Shown here: positions 37,545 through 49,420 of the stretch, in pieces | Numbering within the stretch: the stretch's first letter is position 1 | Layout of the letters: the number at the start of each line of letters is the position of its first letter | DNA from: Callorhinchus milii | Lineage: Eukaryota | DNA length: 64,000 nucleotides | Direction of reading: 5' to 3' | NCBI RefSeq assembly: GCF_018977255.1 | Contig: NW_024704742.1 | Location: 11,782,001-11,846,000, forward strand | Position numbers and translations under genes: made by a program | Notes under the pieces: model-generated | What the model saw: only the letters and a program-made list of their open reading frames with translations | Told to the model about the DNA's origin: nothing | The model's database searches: none

Positions 37545-37690
37545 CCTCTCACATGCACCCTCCAGCAGTGGACTCCAGGAAGTGATTATGAGTAGGAACT
37601 GATTGATTTTCTCCTCCCCAAAGTGAGGTTACTGCGGCAAATTGTGGTGCTCCAACTGCTGCCTGGCTCAGATCAAATCATACTGAGATA
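37545..37690 (-). mobile_element. Second LF-SINE-like fragment
   Basis: Reverse complement TGATCTGAGCCAGGCAGCAGTTGGAGCACCACAATTTGCCGCAG..GGGGAGGAGAAAATCA..CTGCTGGAGGGTGCATGTG. Confidence 0.6.
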
Positions 37691-37714
37691 CGAACATGTG
37701 AAGTTCTGTAGCGT

Positions 37715-38362
37715 ATTGGTTCGAGCACTCACCTCACAAGCGAGAGGACCTGGGTTTGATTCCAGAGCAGGGTGAAACCTTAGGCAAGTTTCCTTAATCC
37801 ACATGCCTCTGTTTATCTAGCAGTGTATAGGACCCCGGTTGTTAGTCGATTGGTGGATTGCTTTCTGGGATAAAAAATTCCTTCAAAAAAAAAAATAATA
37901 ATTTGGTCATGCAATCCATGACTGTTTGTGGGACACTGCTGTGCGCAATCGGCTGCCAGGTTTTGGCCCATAATATACAGTCAATTAATTTTTACAGCAT
38001 ATTCTGTGAAGCTCTTTGAGATGTGATAAGGCTCTATATCAAATGCAAGCATTATTATTATTATGCAGCAACTAATGTATGTGGTTTCACTCACATTTAT
38101 CAAGTTGGCTACTGGGAGAGACTTAACAAGGAAGTACTAATAATAATAATAATAATAATAATCCTTGCATTTGATATAGCGCTTTTCACGTTGGGAGGAC
38201 GTCCCAAAGTGCTTCACAGAACACACTGTAAAGTGAATTGACTGTATATTTGTGGGCGAACGCGGCAGCCAATTGCGCACAGCAATGTCCCACAAACAGT
38301 TGTAGATTGAAAATGACCAATTTAATTATTGTTTTTTGGGTTTTTGGAGGGATTATTATTAT
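37715..38362. mobile_element. Tail-to-tail SINE pair (37715-38063 plus; 38138-38362 minus)
   Basis: Both match the consensus. Confidence 0.9.
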
Positions 38363-38529
38363 AAGTAGTTATAATGCCAAGAGAATTTGGGGATATTAGT
38401 TGATCTTATCATGCCACTCACCATTGTTTAAACAGTGTGAGATAACACCCAGGGATACTAGGCTCCAATGCCAAACCAGTTGAGTTCAAGTCCTCAAACT
38501 ATCCAGTGTTCTGGGTACCTAGAGCAGTG

Positions 38530-39090
38530 TTAGAGGGTGCGTTATGAGGAACAACTAGATAAGCTACGGTTCTTCAGCCTTGGAAAGAAAGATTTCAGAG
38601 GTAAAAAGGTGCTCAATAGGATAGACAAAGTAAACTGAGAACAATGCTTTCACGTGTAAAGAGGCAGCCAAATGATAGGACACATAATCAAGGTTACGAA
38701 AGAGAATTTCAGACACCAGGAACATTTCTTTATAGAGTTCAGTGCCTTGGCACGTCCTCCCGACATGAAAGGTGCTGTATAAGTGAAATCTTGTTGTTGT
38801 TGTAGAGCATGATTAACAACTGGAATACATTACCAGAAAGGTAGCTGCCTCTCAAACCCATTCATACTGTCTGCTTCAATGACCATCCCTGGTAACCATT
38901 CCATAAGTCTATCACGATTTGTGTGAAAGAGTTTTGCTTGACTTTTTCTTCCTTTACAACTAATTTCTAACTTGTGTCCCCTGGTACATAAACCTTTCAC
39001 CATTGTGAACAATTTGTCTGAATCACCTTCAGCAATTTCTTTCCTAATCTTAAAAATTGCATTCAGGTCAGCTTGAAGTCTCGTTTTTAA
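38530..39090. mobile_element. Decayed CR1 3' fragments (plus, then minus) with an L2 tail-only insert at about 38740-38803
   Basis: YEEQLDKL-like and TRGHKL-like CR1 C-terminal sequence. The L2 tail is flanked by TAGAG on both sides. Confidence 0.6.
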
Positions 39091-39899
39091 CAAAGCTACG
39101 TGTTTTATCAGTTTTCATTGCAGAAACACTTGATTTAATAAAGATACCCATCTGATCGTGTTTTGTTGCAGAAACACATGATTTCTTGTCACAAAATGCG
39201 GCATTTCAATAATCTGAATTTCATCCATCATCGTTGTTGAGAAAAATAACCTGATGTGGATATTTGCACCCAGCCTGTGATTTCTGTAGGGTGTATTTGT
39301 CATGTACCTCTTAGTGTGACAACTGAACTGCTCAAATAATTGCCTTAGAATAGTGTCTGCTAGAAATTTTTGAGACATTAGTATTGTGCGAGCAAAGCAT
39401 GAATTATTTCGCCTACAAAATACACAGCACTACACTTTCAGATGTCCTCCTAATATGAAAAGGGCTATTCCAAATGTCAGGATTATTATTATTTATATTA
39501 TCTAAAAAGAATACATATTTCACTACTGCTCAGTGATTCTGAATGCAGAAAATCTTTGCATATCCAGAACTATATTAAAATACCAATGTGATAATGCTAG
39601 GAAAATGAAAAGTGTTATGACCAGATATGTATAATAATTGTGTGGAAAATATTTTTGCAAGTCTTCAATGACAAGTAATGTGGTTCCAGGTGTAAAATCT
39701 ACCAATATTGTAAAGTATGAAGGAATTAAATCATCAATAGATACTCACATATAATACAATGAAGGAGGCATTCTTCAACTGTAGTTCCAGAATATAATTT
39801 ATCGACTTTCCAGAATATAATTTATATTTTGTACTTGTCACTTCCATAGAATAATGATCAACCTTCCCAGGTTGTTACATTGACCTCATGTACCAATAT

Positions 39900-40280
39900 C
39901 AGGAGGTGCCCTCAGACGTCTACATTTCCCTGGCTCCCCTAACAACCTGCCCACTCCCTCCGCTCAGTGGACTCCAGCCTGCTTCCCATCCCACGCCTCG
40001 CCCACCCCACCGTTGGTGGGCGGGCCATCAGCCACTCTGCCCCCACCCTCAGGAACTCCATCTCGCAGTCCCTGCGCCTTGCCCCTCCCTTGTCTCCTTG
40101 AAGACCCGTCTCAAGATCCTGCTCTTCGACCGTGCCACCGGTCACCCTCTTTCCGCATTTGCCCTTCATGCTCCTCTATCCCGTCCCTCAACTCGGTTCC
40201 GAAAACTCAATTGTTAAGCCCCTTGGGACATCCTCCCAACGTGAAAGGTGCAATACGAATGTAATTTTGTTGTTGTTGTA
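39900..40280 (+). mobile_element. L2 3' fragment
   Basis: LKTRLKILLFDRA; stem-loop and (TTG)n tail. Confidence 0.85.
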
Positions 40281-40284
40281 AAAT

Positions 40285-41034
40285 GTAGTTTAGTGGTTAG
40301 AGCTCTCGCCTTGCAAGCAAGAGGACTTAGAGTTTGATTCCCGGCAGCACGAAATGTTGGGCAAGTTTCCTTACTCCACACACCTCTGTTTACCTGGCAG
40401 TAAGTAGGAACCTGGTTGTTTGTCGATTGGCGGATCACTTTTCCTGGGTAATAGTCTCTCCAAATTTTTTTAAAAATAGTAACAATTCGGTCACTCAATC
40501 CACAGCTGTTTGTGGGACACTGCTAGGTACAATTGGCCTACAAAATATACAGTCAATTCATTTTACAGTGTATTCTGTGAAGCGCTTTGAGGCATCTCGA
40601 AAACGTGATAAGGTGCTATATTAAATACAAAGATTATTATTGTTATTATTATTAGAATGTGTGGACCTTCTGGCTCCCTTCTGCCTCAAACAGTCTAAAA
40701 ATACTAAGTTTTAGACTCTAAAGGTTTGACAGCATTTATTTATTTATATCACCGGAGAGACCCAAGTTCATTTCCAGTCAGGGCGAAACATTGGGCAAGT
40801 TTCCTTACTCCACACAGAGCCTAATAATAATCCCTCCAAAAAACAAAACAATAATAAATTGGGCATTTTCAATCTACGACTGTTTGTAGGACATTGCTGT
40901 GCGCAATTGGCTGCCGTGTTCGCCCACAAATATACAGTCAATTCACTTTTCAGCACATTCTGTGAAGCGCTTTGAGACGTCTAGAAGACGTGAAAAGCGC
41001 TACATCAAATGCAAGGATTATTATTATTATTATT
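40285..41034 (+). mobile_element. Two SINE copies (40285-40652 long form; 40755-41034 short form)
   Basis: Both match the consensus. Confidence 0.9.
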
Positions 41035-41539
41035 AAGGTTTGCAGAGAGAGAGCAAGAGCAACAGAAATGGATTAAGTGAGGAAAGCACCCTGTGCGATG
41101 TCAAAACAGCATGCTTCAAACACTGGCAAGATGCCAGCCACTTAAACCTGCAGTGAAGAGGTGTTAGAGGTGCAAGAAGGAGATGCTGGAATACAGAGAG
41201 CTTCAACATAACCACTCTAAATCTGCTAAACTCGGGGAAAGCTGTGATAGAGCTGAGATTTGACATGTTGCAAAGCTGAGAAAAGAGTAAAGAAACATAA
41301 AGCCAAAGGCCTCTGTGGTCAAAGGTTATAGCTAATGGAGGAAACATAAACAGGAATTCTAAGAGCGTAGAGAGAGAAGTAAGTTAAGTAATAATAATAA
41401 ATTCTGATAAAGTATAGACCCTGTCCATATAAGCCAGTGATGATAATAATAATACTCTATGCATTTGATATAGCGCCTTATCATGTCTTCGAGGCATCTC
41501 AAAGCGCTTCACAGAATATACTGTAAAGTGAATTGACTG

Positions 41540-44500
41540 TGACTGCTAGGGCTCGCATCAGGGACCACCATGGTCCAGTTGGGTTGGCTGCCCCAGCCCC
41601 AGCCTATGGGCTAATGCCATCCACCTGACCGCTCACTCCAGGTCCCCGCATGCGCATTATGGCTGCTGCTCTGACCCGAGCCCCCTCACCCACTCACCCC
41701 CTCCCCCCAAACCCTCCCCCCTCTGCATCTCTCCCGCTCTGTCCTCCTCTTTCTCCGTCCCTCTCGCCTTCTATCCCCACTTGACCCTCCCACAACCTCC
41801 CTCTGCTCCAGCCTGGGAATCCTCCGCCGGGCTCACCGTGGCACTCGGCGTTGGCTGTCCAGCAGCAGCCACACTGACTGCCCCATTCCCCACCACACTC
41901 GCCAGCCACCCTGGACACAGACCCAGGGAGCCAAACTCTCCTCCCTCATCCTCATTCCCCCCACCCCTGCCTCACAACCTGGACCCCCCTCCCTCCCCAC
42001 ACATCCTTCTGTCAACCGCTCCCTCCACATCGGAATACAGAACGTCCGCTCCCTCTGTAACAAGGTCCTGGTCATCAACGATCTCATCCTTGATGAGAGA
42101 GTTTACATCATGGCCTTAACGGAAACCTGGCTCACCCCAGGTGACAACTTCCCCCTCACGGAGGCCACACCACCCGGCTACATCTCCCACCACATCCCTC
42201 GCCCCAACATCCGTGGTGGTGGTGTGGCCCTTATCGCAAGGACACCACTTGCCCAATCCCCCTACTCCTCTGGCTCTTTCCCCTCTTTTGAGCACCTCAC
42301 CCTCTCCCACCCCTCCTTTCATTCAAAATCCTCCTCCTCTACCGGCCCCTTAAAACCTCTCTCACCTTTATCTCTTATATTTCGACACTTCTTACATCTC
42401 TCTTCCTCTGCTCTGATCGCCTCATCAACCTGGGCAACTTCAACCTGCACTTCACCCCTCCTGCTCCATTTCCTCGGACTTCTCTTCCCTGCTATCCTCA
42501 CTCAACCTCTCCCTCCACATCAACTCCCCCACTCACAGTCACGGCCACCCACTCGATTTGGTGATCACCCGGGGCCTCAGTGTCTCAGATGTCACCATTA
42601 CCGACAAGGCCGTCTCCGATCACCACTTCATCTCCTTCACCATCTCCACCCCCCTCCCCACCTCCACCAGAAACACCACCATCTTCTACTGCCCCTGGAA
42701 GAAGTTACCCCCACAATCCGTAACTGCTGCCTTAGCTCTGAACTACTCTCCCTCTGGCATTCAACCCTCACTGAACGCTCTTCTGCTCTCATCCTCCTCC
42801 ACAACACCCTCTCCTCCACACTCGACACTCTTGCTCCCATCACCTCCCATACTGTCACTTACTCTCACTCCTCCTCCGGTTCACCACCCACCTCCGCTCA
42901 CTGAAGAGCCAGGTGCGGGCCGCTGAATGCACCTGCCTCAAATCTGGCCTCACGGTCCGACAAATCTGGCTGGACCTCCTCAAAATCTACTGCTCCACTC
43001 TAGCCTCAGCCAAGTCGTCCTTCTACTCCAGGATAATCCTGGAGGCGAAGAATAACCCCAGGCTTTTGTTCTCTACCACATCCCGACTCCTCCGTCCCCC
43101 CCACCACCCCGCGCAGGTCATCTCCTTCAACCTTTACTGCGGGGACATGCTGGATTTCCTTGAATCCAAAATCAAGGGAATCCGCTCCGCGATCACTCCC
43201 CCTCCAACTTCCACCCAACCCCCACCCCTTCCCTCCCACACTCCAACTCCTACACATCCTCCCCTACACACCGTCGAACTCATTTCCCCACCCTCTGTCA
43301 CCAACCTCATCCTGTCCCTGAAACCCACCACCTGCTCCCTTGACCCCATCCCCACTCCACTCCTTATCTCTCAGCTCCAACTCCTTGCCCCACTTCTCAC
43401 AGACATCATCAACCTGTCCCTCTCCTCTGGCTCAGTTCCCATTCCCCTAAAAACTGCCATCATCACTCCCACTTTGAAAAANCCCTCCCTTGATGCGTCG
43501 CAGCTATCAGGCTACCGGCCCATCTCCAACCTCCCCTTCCTGTCCAAGGTCCTTGAAAGAGTTGTGGCCACCCAGCTGCGCTCTTTCCTCTCTACCCATG
43601 CATTATTCGAACCGCTTCAGTCGGGTTTCCGTGCTGCCCATAGTATGGAAACCGCCCTGGTCAAGGTCACTAATGACATCTTGACCATCTGCGACCAGGG
43701 CTCCCTCTGCCTCCTCATCCCCCTCGACCTATCGGCCACATTCGATACGGTCAACCACTGTATCCTCCTCCACCGCTTGTCCTCCCACCTCAACCTTCAA
43801 GGCCCTGTCCTTGAGTGGTTTAGGTCGTACCTCTCCCACCGTCTTCATTTTGTTTCCACAAATGGCTTTTCTTTCAGCCCCCGCCCTCTCTCGTGCGGTG
43901 TCCCTCAGGGCTCTGTCCTCGGTCCCCTCCTCTTCACCCTCTATATGCTCCCCCTGTGGTGACATCATCCGCAGACATGGGGTTAACTTCCACATGTATG
44001 TGGATGACACGCAACTCTACCTTTCCTCCTCTACCCTCAACTCCACGACCACCGATGTCCTGACAGTCTGCCTGTCCGACATCGAGTCCTGGACGAGAGA
44101 CAACTTTCTTCTGCTCAATGTGCGCAAAACTGAGGCCCTCCTGATTGGCTCACGTCAGCGCCTCCGCACCTCAGGCGCTGACACCATCAGCATCCAAGGC
44201 TGCACTCTCCACCTCTCAAAGCAGTCAGGAACCTCGGGGTTCTGTTCGACCCTGAGCTGTCCTTTCTTCCTTATATCCGCGCCACAACTGGCACTGCCTT
44301 CCATCACCTCCGAAACATCGCCGGACTATGGCACTACCTCACCCCTCACGCTGCTGAAACTCTGGTCCATGCCTTTATCACCTCAAGGCTGGACTATGGG
44401 AACTCTTTCTTCGCCGGCCTTCCTGGCACCTCCCTCCTGGCTCCGGTCTGCTCCACTTACCCCGCCCCAACCGCTCTACCATCGGTGGCCGGGCCTTCAG

Positions 44501-44770
44501 CCTCTCAGCCCCTAGGCTCTGGAATTCCATCCCCCAGTGCCTTCGCTGCCTCCTCCCTTTCCTCCTTCAAGGCCGGTCTCAAGACCTTTCTCTTTGACCG
44601 TGCCTTCAGCTCCCCTCTCGACTCTCTATCCCCTCCTCGCTCCCTTCCTTCCCTCCCCTCACCCTGACCATTTGCCCCCTGCTCGGGTGCCGACCCAATT
44701 GTCCAGCACCTTGGTACGTCCTCCTGACGTGAAAGGTGCTCTATAAATGAAATCTTGTTGTTGTTGTTGT
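41540..44770 (+). mobile_element. L2 LINE, about 3.2 kb, defective (endonuclease and RT)
   Basis: [60 protein letters not shown]. Has an internal deletion near 44435, frameshifts and a (TTG)n tail. Confidence 0.95.
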
Positions 44771-45038
44771 ATATTTTGTTGGCGAAACGCGGCAGCCAAT
44801 TGCGCACAGCAGTGTCCCACAAACAGTGGTAGATTGAATGACCAATATTTTTTTGAAGGAATTGTTTCCTCCGGAAAAGCGATCCGCCAATCGACTAACA
44901 AACAGGTTCCTATTTACTGCTTAGTAAACAGAAACATGTGGAGTAAGGAAATTTGCCTAACATTTCACCCTGATGGGAATCGAAACCAAGTTTCTGGCTT
45001 GCGAGACGAGTGCTCTAACCACTGAGCTGCAGGACTCC
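44770..45038 (-). mobile_element. SINE 5' part; its 3' part is at about 41440-41540, split by the L2
   Basis: GAATTGACTGT | ATATTTTG is continuous SINE consensus across the L2. Confidence 0.9.
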
Positions 45039-45749
45039 GAATGTTAAGGCACGAAAGTCAGAAGATGAGCAACTAGAAATGAGAAATGAACCCAGTATTG
45101 TAATGTACTACTCTAAAAGTACATCTATTTGCATTCCTCAACAGTAACAATCGTGTTGGTGATCCCTGTTGATCGGATAGAATGCTTTAGCTTTAGTATG
45201 AATTATAAAGAACTCAGAAATACAGAAGCAAATGTTTGCTGAAAGTAGCTCTGTGCTTGAGAACTAACAATACCTGAGGGAAGGAAGACTTGATCCTAAT
45301 GTAAAGCAAAAGATTCAGTGAAGTGAAAGTATATTGTGCAGGAGACTGAAAGAGAAGATGGCGCTTGCATAAAAAAATTAAAGTCGAGTGAAAGACGAAG
45401 AGAGGAATGTTCCATTGAAACATAATAAAAGGACCGCAGCTATGAGACTCCCCCAAGAAAATGTCACATTAATCTGTGACAGGAAATAAAGAATCAAGAA
45501 AAGAAATAGAAATAACGAGTCTTAGAAATGATCAATGCAAGCATTAACAAACCTGAAGATGGAATCTGTTAAAAGAAGAATGGACTGAGGGAAAAAAAGA
45601 ACATTGAACTCAGAAGATATGAAGAGCAATTATAAAGCAAAGAGTGTCTGGAAAATTGTGATGTGGAACTAAATGCTCTTACTACTCTAACTTGATCAAG
45701 GAACAAGCTAAAGAAGGGAACATGTAGTAGGTGTCATATGGGAAATATG

Positions 45750-46122
45750 GTAATAATAAAAATAATAATAATCTTTGCATTTGATACAGATCACGTCTTC
45801 GGGTCTCAAAGTGCTTCACAGAATATACTGTAAAGTGAATTGACTGTATATTTTATGGGTGAAACAAGGCAACCAATTGTGCACAGCAGTGTCCCACAAA
45901 CAGTCGTGGGTTGAGTGACCAAATTATTATTTTTTTTTTGAAGGAATTATTACCCCCAGAAAAGTGATCCGCCAAACAACTGAAAACTGGGTTCCTACTT
46001 ATTACTAAGTAAGTGGTGGGGTGTGGAGTAAGTAAACTTGGCCAATGTTTCACGCTGCCAGGAATTAAACCCAGGTCTCTCGCTTACGAGGCAAGTACTC
46101 TAACCACTGATCTACAGGACTT
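45750..46122 (-). mobile_element. SINE, long-body form
   Basis: Matches the consensus. Confidence 0.9.
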
Positions 46123-48309
46123 CACAGGGATGGGAGACGGTGGCAGCAGAATGGATCCTCTCAATTTTGGAGTCATTTGGAATTGAAGGAGAGGATGTGT
46201 GAAGTATGGGTTGGAGAGTGAAGGAGGTGATTGATGCGGGAGAAGAGGTTGTTCTTGGCCTCCAGCATGATCCTAGAGCAGAAGGTCAATATCGGTGTGC
46301 GGAGCACACAGAGATAGATTTGGTCCAGCCAGATCTGGCAGTGGAACATCAGGTTGGATTTAAGCATTGCAGTAGATCCACAAACAGAATGGCCACTGAT
46401 CCCATTTCCAGGTTGCTGATGAAGATATCCCTTCCTGTTCTGTGCACATACGCGGCGTGGGCAGGAAGTGAAGTCAGCAGCGACCTAGCAGACATTTTTT
46501 TGCATGGGAAGCCAGCGTGGGACTGGGACACTACCCTGCAATGCAAGTTGTTGTTATTGTTGTATGACCCATTCTAACAGGGTCATCCTATATTTGGACT
46601 TCGCCAGGTGCAGGTAAGATTCTGGGAAATGGTTACCTTTTCATTAGTTAAATCTAAAGATCTAAAGAGTCGAGGTTTAGGTTCATATTGCAAAGACATG
46701 AGATTCAAGATTTATCTGAATTCTCAACTCCCTCTCTCATTGCACCCTTTTTTCATTCCTAACTTCTTTAGGTCAAATACTGATTTGGGCCATGCTACCT
46801 TTTGTACCTCACCACTGTATCAGGTTTTTTGAATCCTTTAATTTCTTTCAGGTAGAATACACCATTTGGAAGTATTACCTGAATGAAATCTAACCCTTTC
46901 CTTTGCTGAGGCGAGTAACCCAGTGACTTTGCTGATCATTCCCAGTTTAATGCCCGATAATGGATGTGAATGCAGATTAGCACCAGTAGAAATTGCATTG
47001 AAACCATTGATTCTCCTTTTACTTGGAGAGGAGACATTCATCCTTGTCATTTTCAGTCTGATTTGATCCATGCTCTCAGGCCTGACAAATCATTGCTTAT
47101 GAGAAATGGGAGAAAAAGCTATTTCATAAACTTTTCACATTCATGTTATCAATCTACATGGAGGTGGGAGGGAAGAGTCTGAAATTCCGCAGTGCCAAGT
47201 GTAAGAATAGATAATATATTTTAATCATCTAAATAGAAATGTAACAGCTAATGAGGAGGCACCTTTAGTGATTAACGTTTCACATCACTAAAGCACTTTA
47301 ACAATTCAGTTGAAGCCTTATAAAATATACAGTCTGTCAATATATTTTGCAGCAAACATATAAAATAGACACTCATAATCAATTACCTTCAGCTGGAATC
47401 CAGATTGAATATTTAGGCATTGTTTATCATATCTGCTGGTTGTATTTTGTTCAGATTGTTTATAAGCAAGCTGTAATTCAATGGGTTCAAGTTCCACATC
47501 AGGGCGTGAACTCAAAGGTTAGACTGAGGTTGCAGTGCTCCACTAGGAAAACAGGGTCCCACCTGCCTGTTCAGGTTAAAGACCCCATTGACATCCTTCA
47601 AAACAAAAGTTTCACTTGGTCGACAATCCTTCAGAAGAATTGTTCTTTTACCTCATTCCTGTGTTCAAATTAAGTCTCACATTTGGTTACAAATACAATC
47701 ATTACATTTGACATCAATTACCTGTGAAGCAGTTTCAGTTTTTATTAACCGTAATCTATATTAATAAAGACAAAATATCTGTGTGTCTATTTGTGTGTGT
47801 GTGTCTGTCCGTCAGCCAAGAACACAATAACCAGTTGATATAGAGACATGATTTGTATCTTATTGGAAAGGTCTTGCATCTAAGAATGTCATGAGTATAT
47901 TTGTTTTCGGGGATCTGCTATTGTTGATGAGCTATGACCCAAACAAGCTCATCACACATGTATGGCAGTTTTGCTTAAGTTGTGCATGGTGTTTATGGCA
48001 TGTTAAATGGTTTGGGAGTGGTATCACTGAAATTTACATTCTATTTTGGATCCTTTGGTTGCAAGCGTTGCTGGAACGGGTACAGCTAGTACACGTATAA
48101 TAATCTTTGAATGTTATATAGCGCCTGTGACATCAGGAGGATGTCCCAAAGTGCTTCACAAGAGTTACATTTTACCAGTTATAGGCACCATTCGCCCACA
48201 AAATATACAGACAATTCACTTTACAGTAATTTCCTAATTTCCACCAGAGTGATATCAAGGAATGATATGAGATTTGTGTTAGGCCTAGTCCTTGAGCGTC
48301 CATTTGGAC

Positions 48310-48902
48310 GCTCATTCAGAACTCTGCAGCTCGTGTACTGTCCCGCACCAGGCTTCGGGACCACATCACTCCCACCCTCACTCGCCTCCACTGGCTCCCC
48401 ATCCCCCAGAGGATTGATTTCAAGATCCTCATCCTCACCTATAAGGCCATCCACGGCCTTGCTCCCTCCTACCTCTCTGACCTACTATCCCCCTACCTAC
48501 CTGCCCGTACACTCCGTTCCTCTGGCTCCGGTCTGCTCCACGTCCCCCGCCCCAATCGCCCTACCATCGGTGGTCGTGCCTTCAGTCTCTCAGCCCCCAG
48601 GCTCTGGAACTCCATCCCCCAGTGCCTTCACCGCCTCCTCCCTTTCCTCCTTCAAGGCCGGTCTCAAAACCTTTCTCTTTGACCGAGCCTTCAGCTCCCC
48701 TCTCGAGTCTCTTCCCTCTGCTCGCTCCCTCCCTTCCCTCCCCTCACCCTGACCATTTTCCCCCCTCCTCGCTCCCTCCATTCACTCTCCTCACCCTGAC
48801 CATTTCCCCCCCTGCTCGGGTCCTGACCCAACTGTGCAGCGCCTTGGGACGTCCTCCTGACGTGAAACGCGCTTTATAAATGGAATCTTGTTGTTGTTGT
48901 TG
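48310..48902 (+). mobile_element. L2 3' fragment, young, with a duplication in the 3' UTR
   Basis: Nearly identical to the other L2 copies; CTCACCCTGACCATTT occurs twice (about 48743 and 48790). Confidence 0.92.
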
Positions 48903-49084
48903 TCCACCCAACAAGGCAGATGGGACCTTGGCTTCAATGTATCATCCAAAGGATGGCACCTCCAACTATGCAACACCCGCCACAGCATTGCATTGCTGCC
49001 TCAAGACTTTGAGGTCAAAGTCCTGACATGGGACAGTTCAGTTAAGAGTTTTTCATGCTTAAAAGGAAGCTATACAACAATAAG

Positions 49085-49420
49085 CAACAAATGACATTTG
49101 TAGAGCACCTTTCATGTCAGGAGACGCTGTACAGTCAGGGATCCGCACCCAAACTGGTGGTTGGGATCAAGAGGGGCGGAGGGTGGCCAAATTTAAGGTC
49201 AAAGAGGAGGGTCTTGAAGGAGGCAAGGGAGGGGGGTGAGGCAGAGGGACTGTGGGATGGGGTTCCAGAGGGTGGGGGCAGAGAGGCTGAAGGCCCGCTT
49301 GCTATTGGTGGGATGGGCGAGGCGGGTGGGTCATGAAGCAGGCTGGACCCCGCTGAGCTGAAGGAGCGGACAGATTGGTAGGTGATCACAGAGATAGGGG
49401 CGAGCAAGGCTGTGGAGAAC
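49085..49420 (-). mobile_element. L2 3' fragment
   Basis: SFKTLLFD; L2 3' UTR. Confidence 0.75.

Noticed and set aside
39785..39825. Direct repeat TTCCAGAATATAATTTAT x2 (similar cases at about 20141 and 20370)
   Set aside because: Ordinary local slippage duplications.
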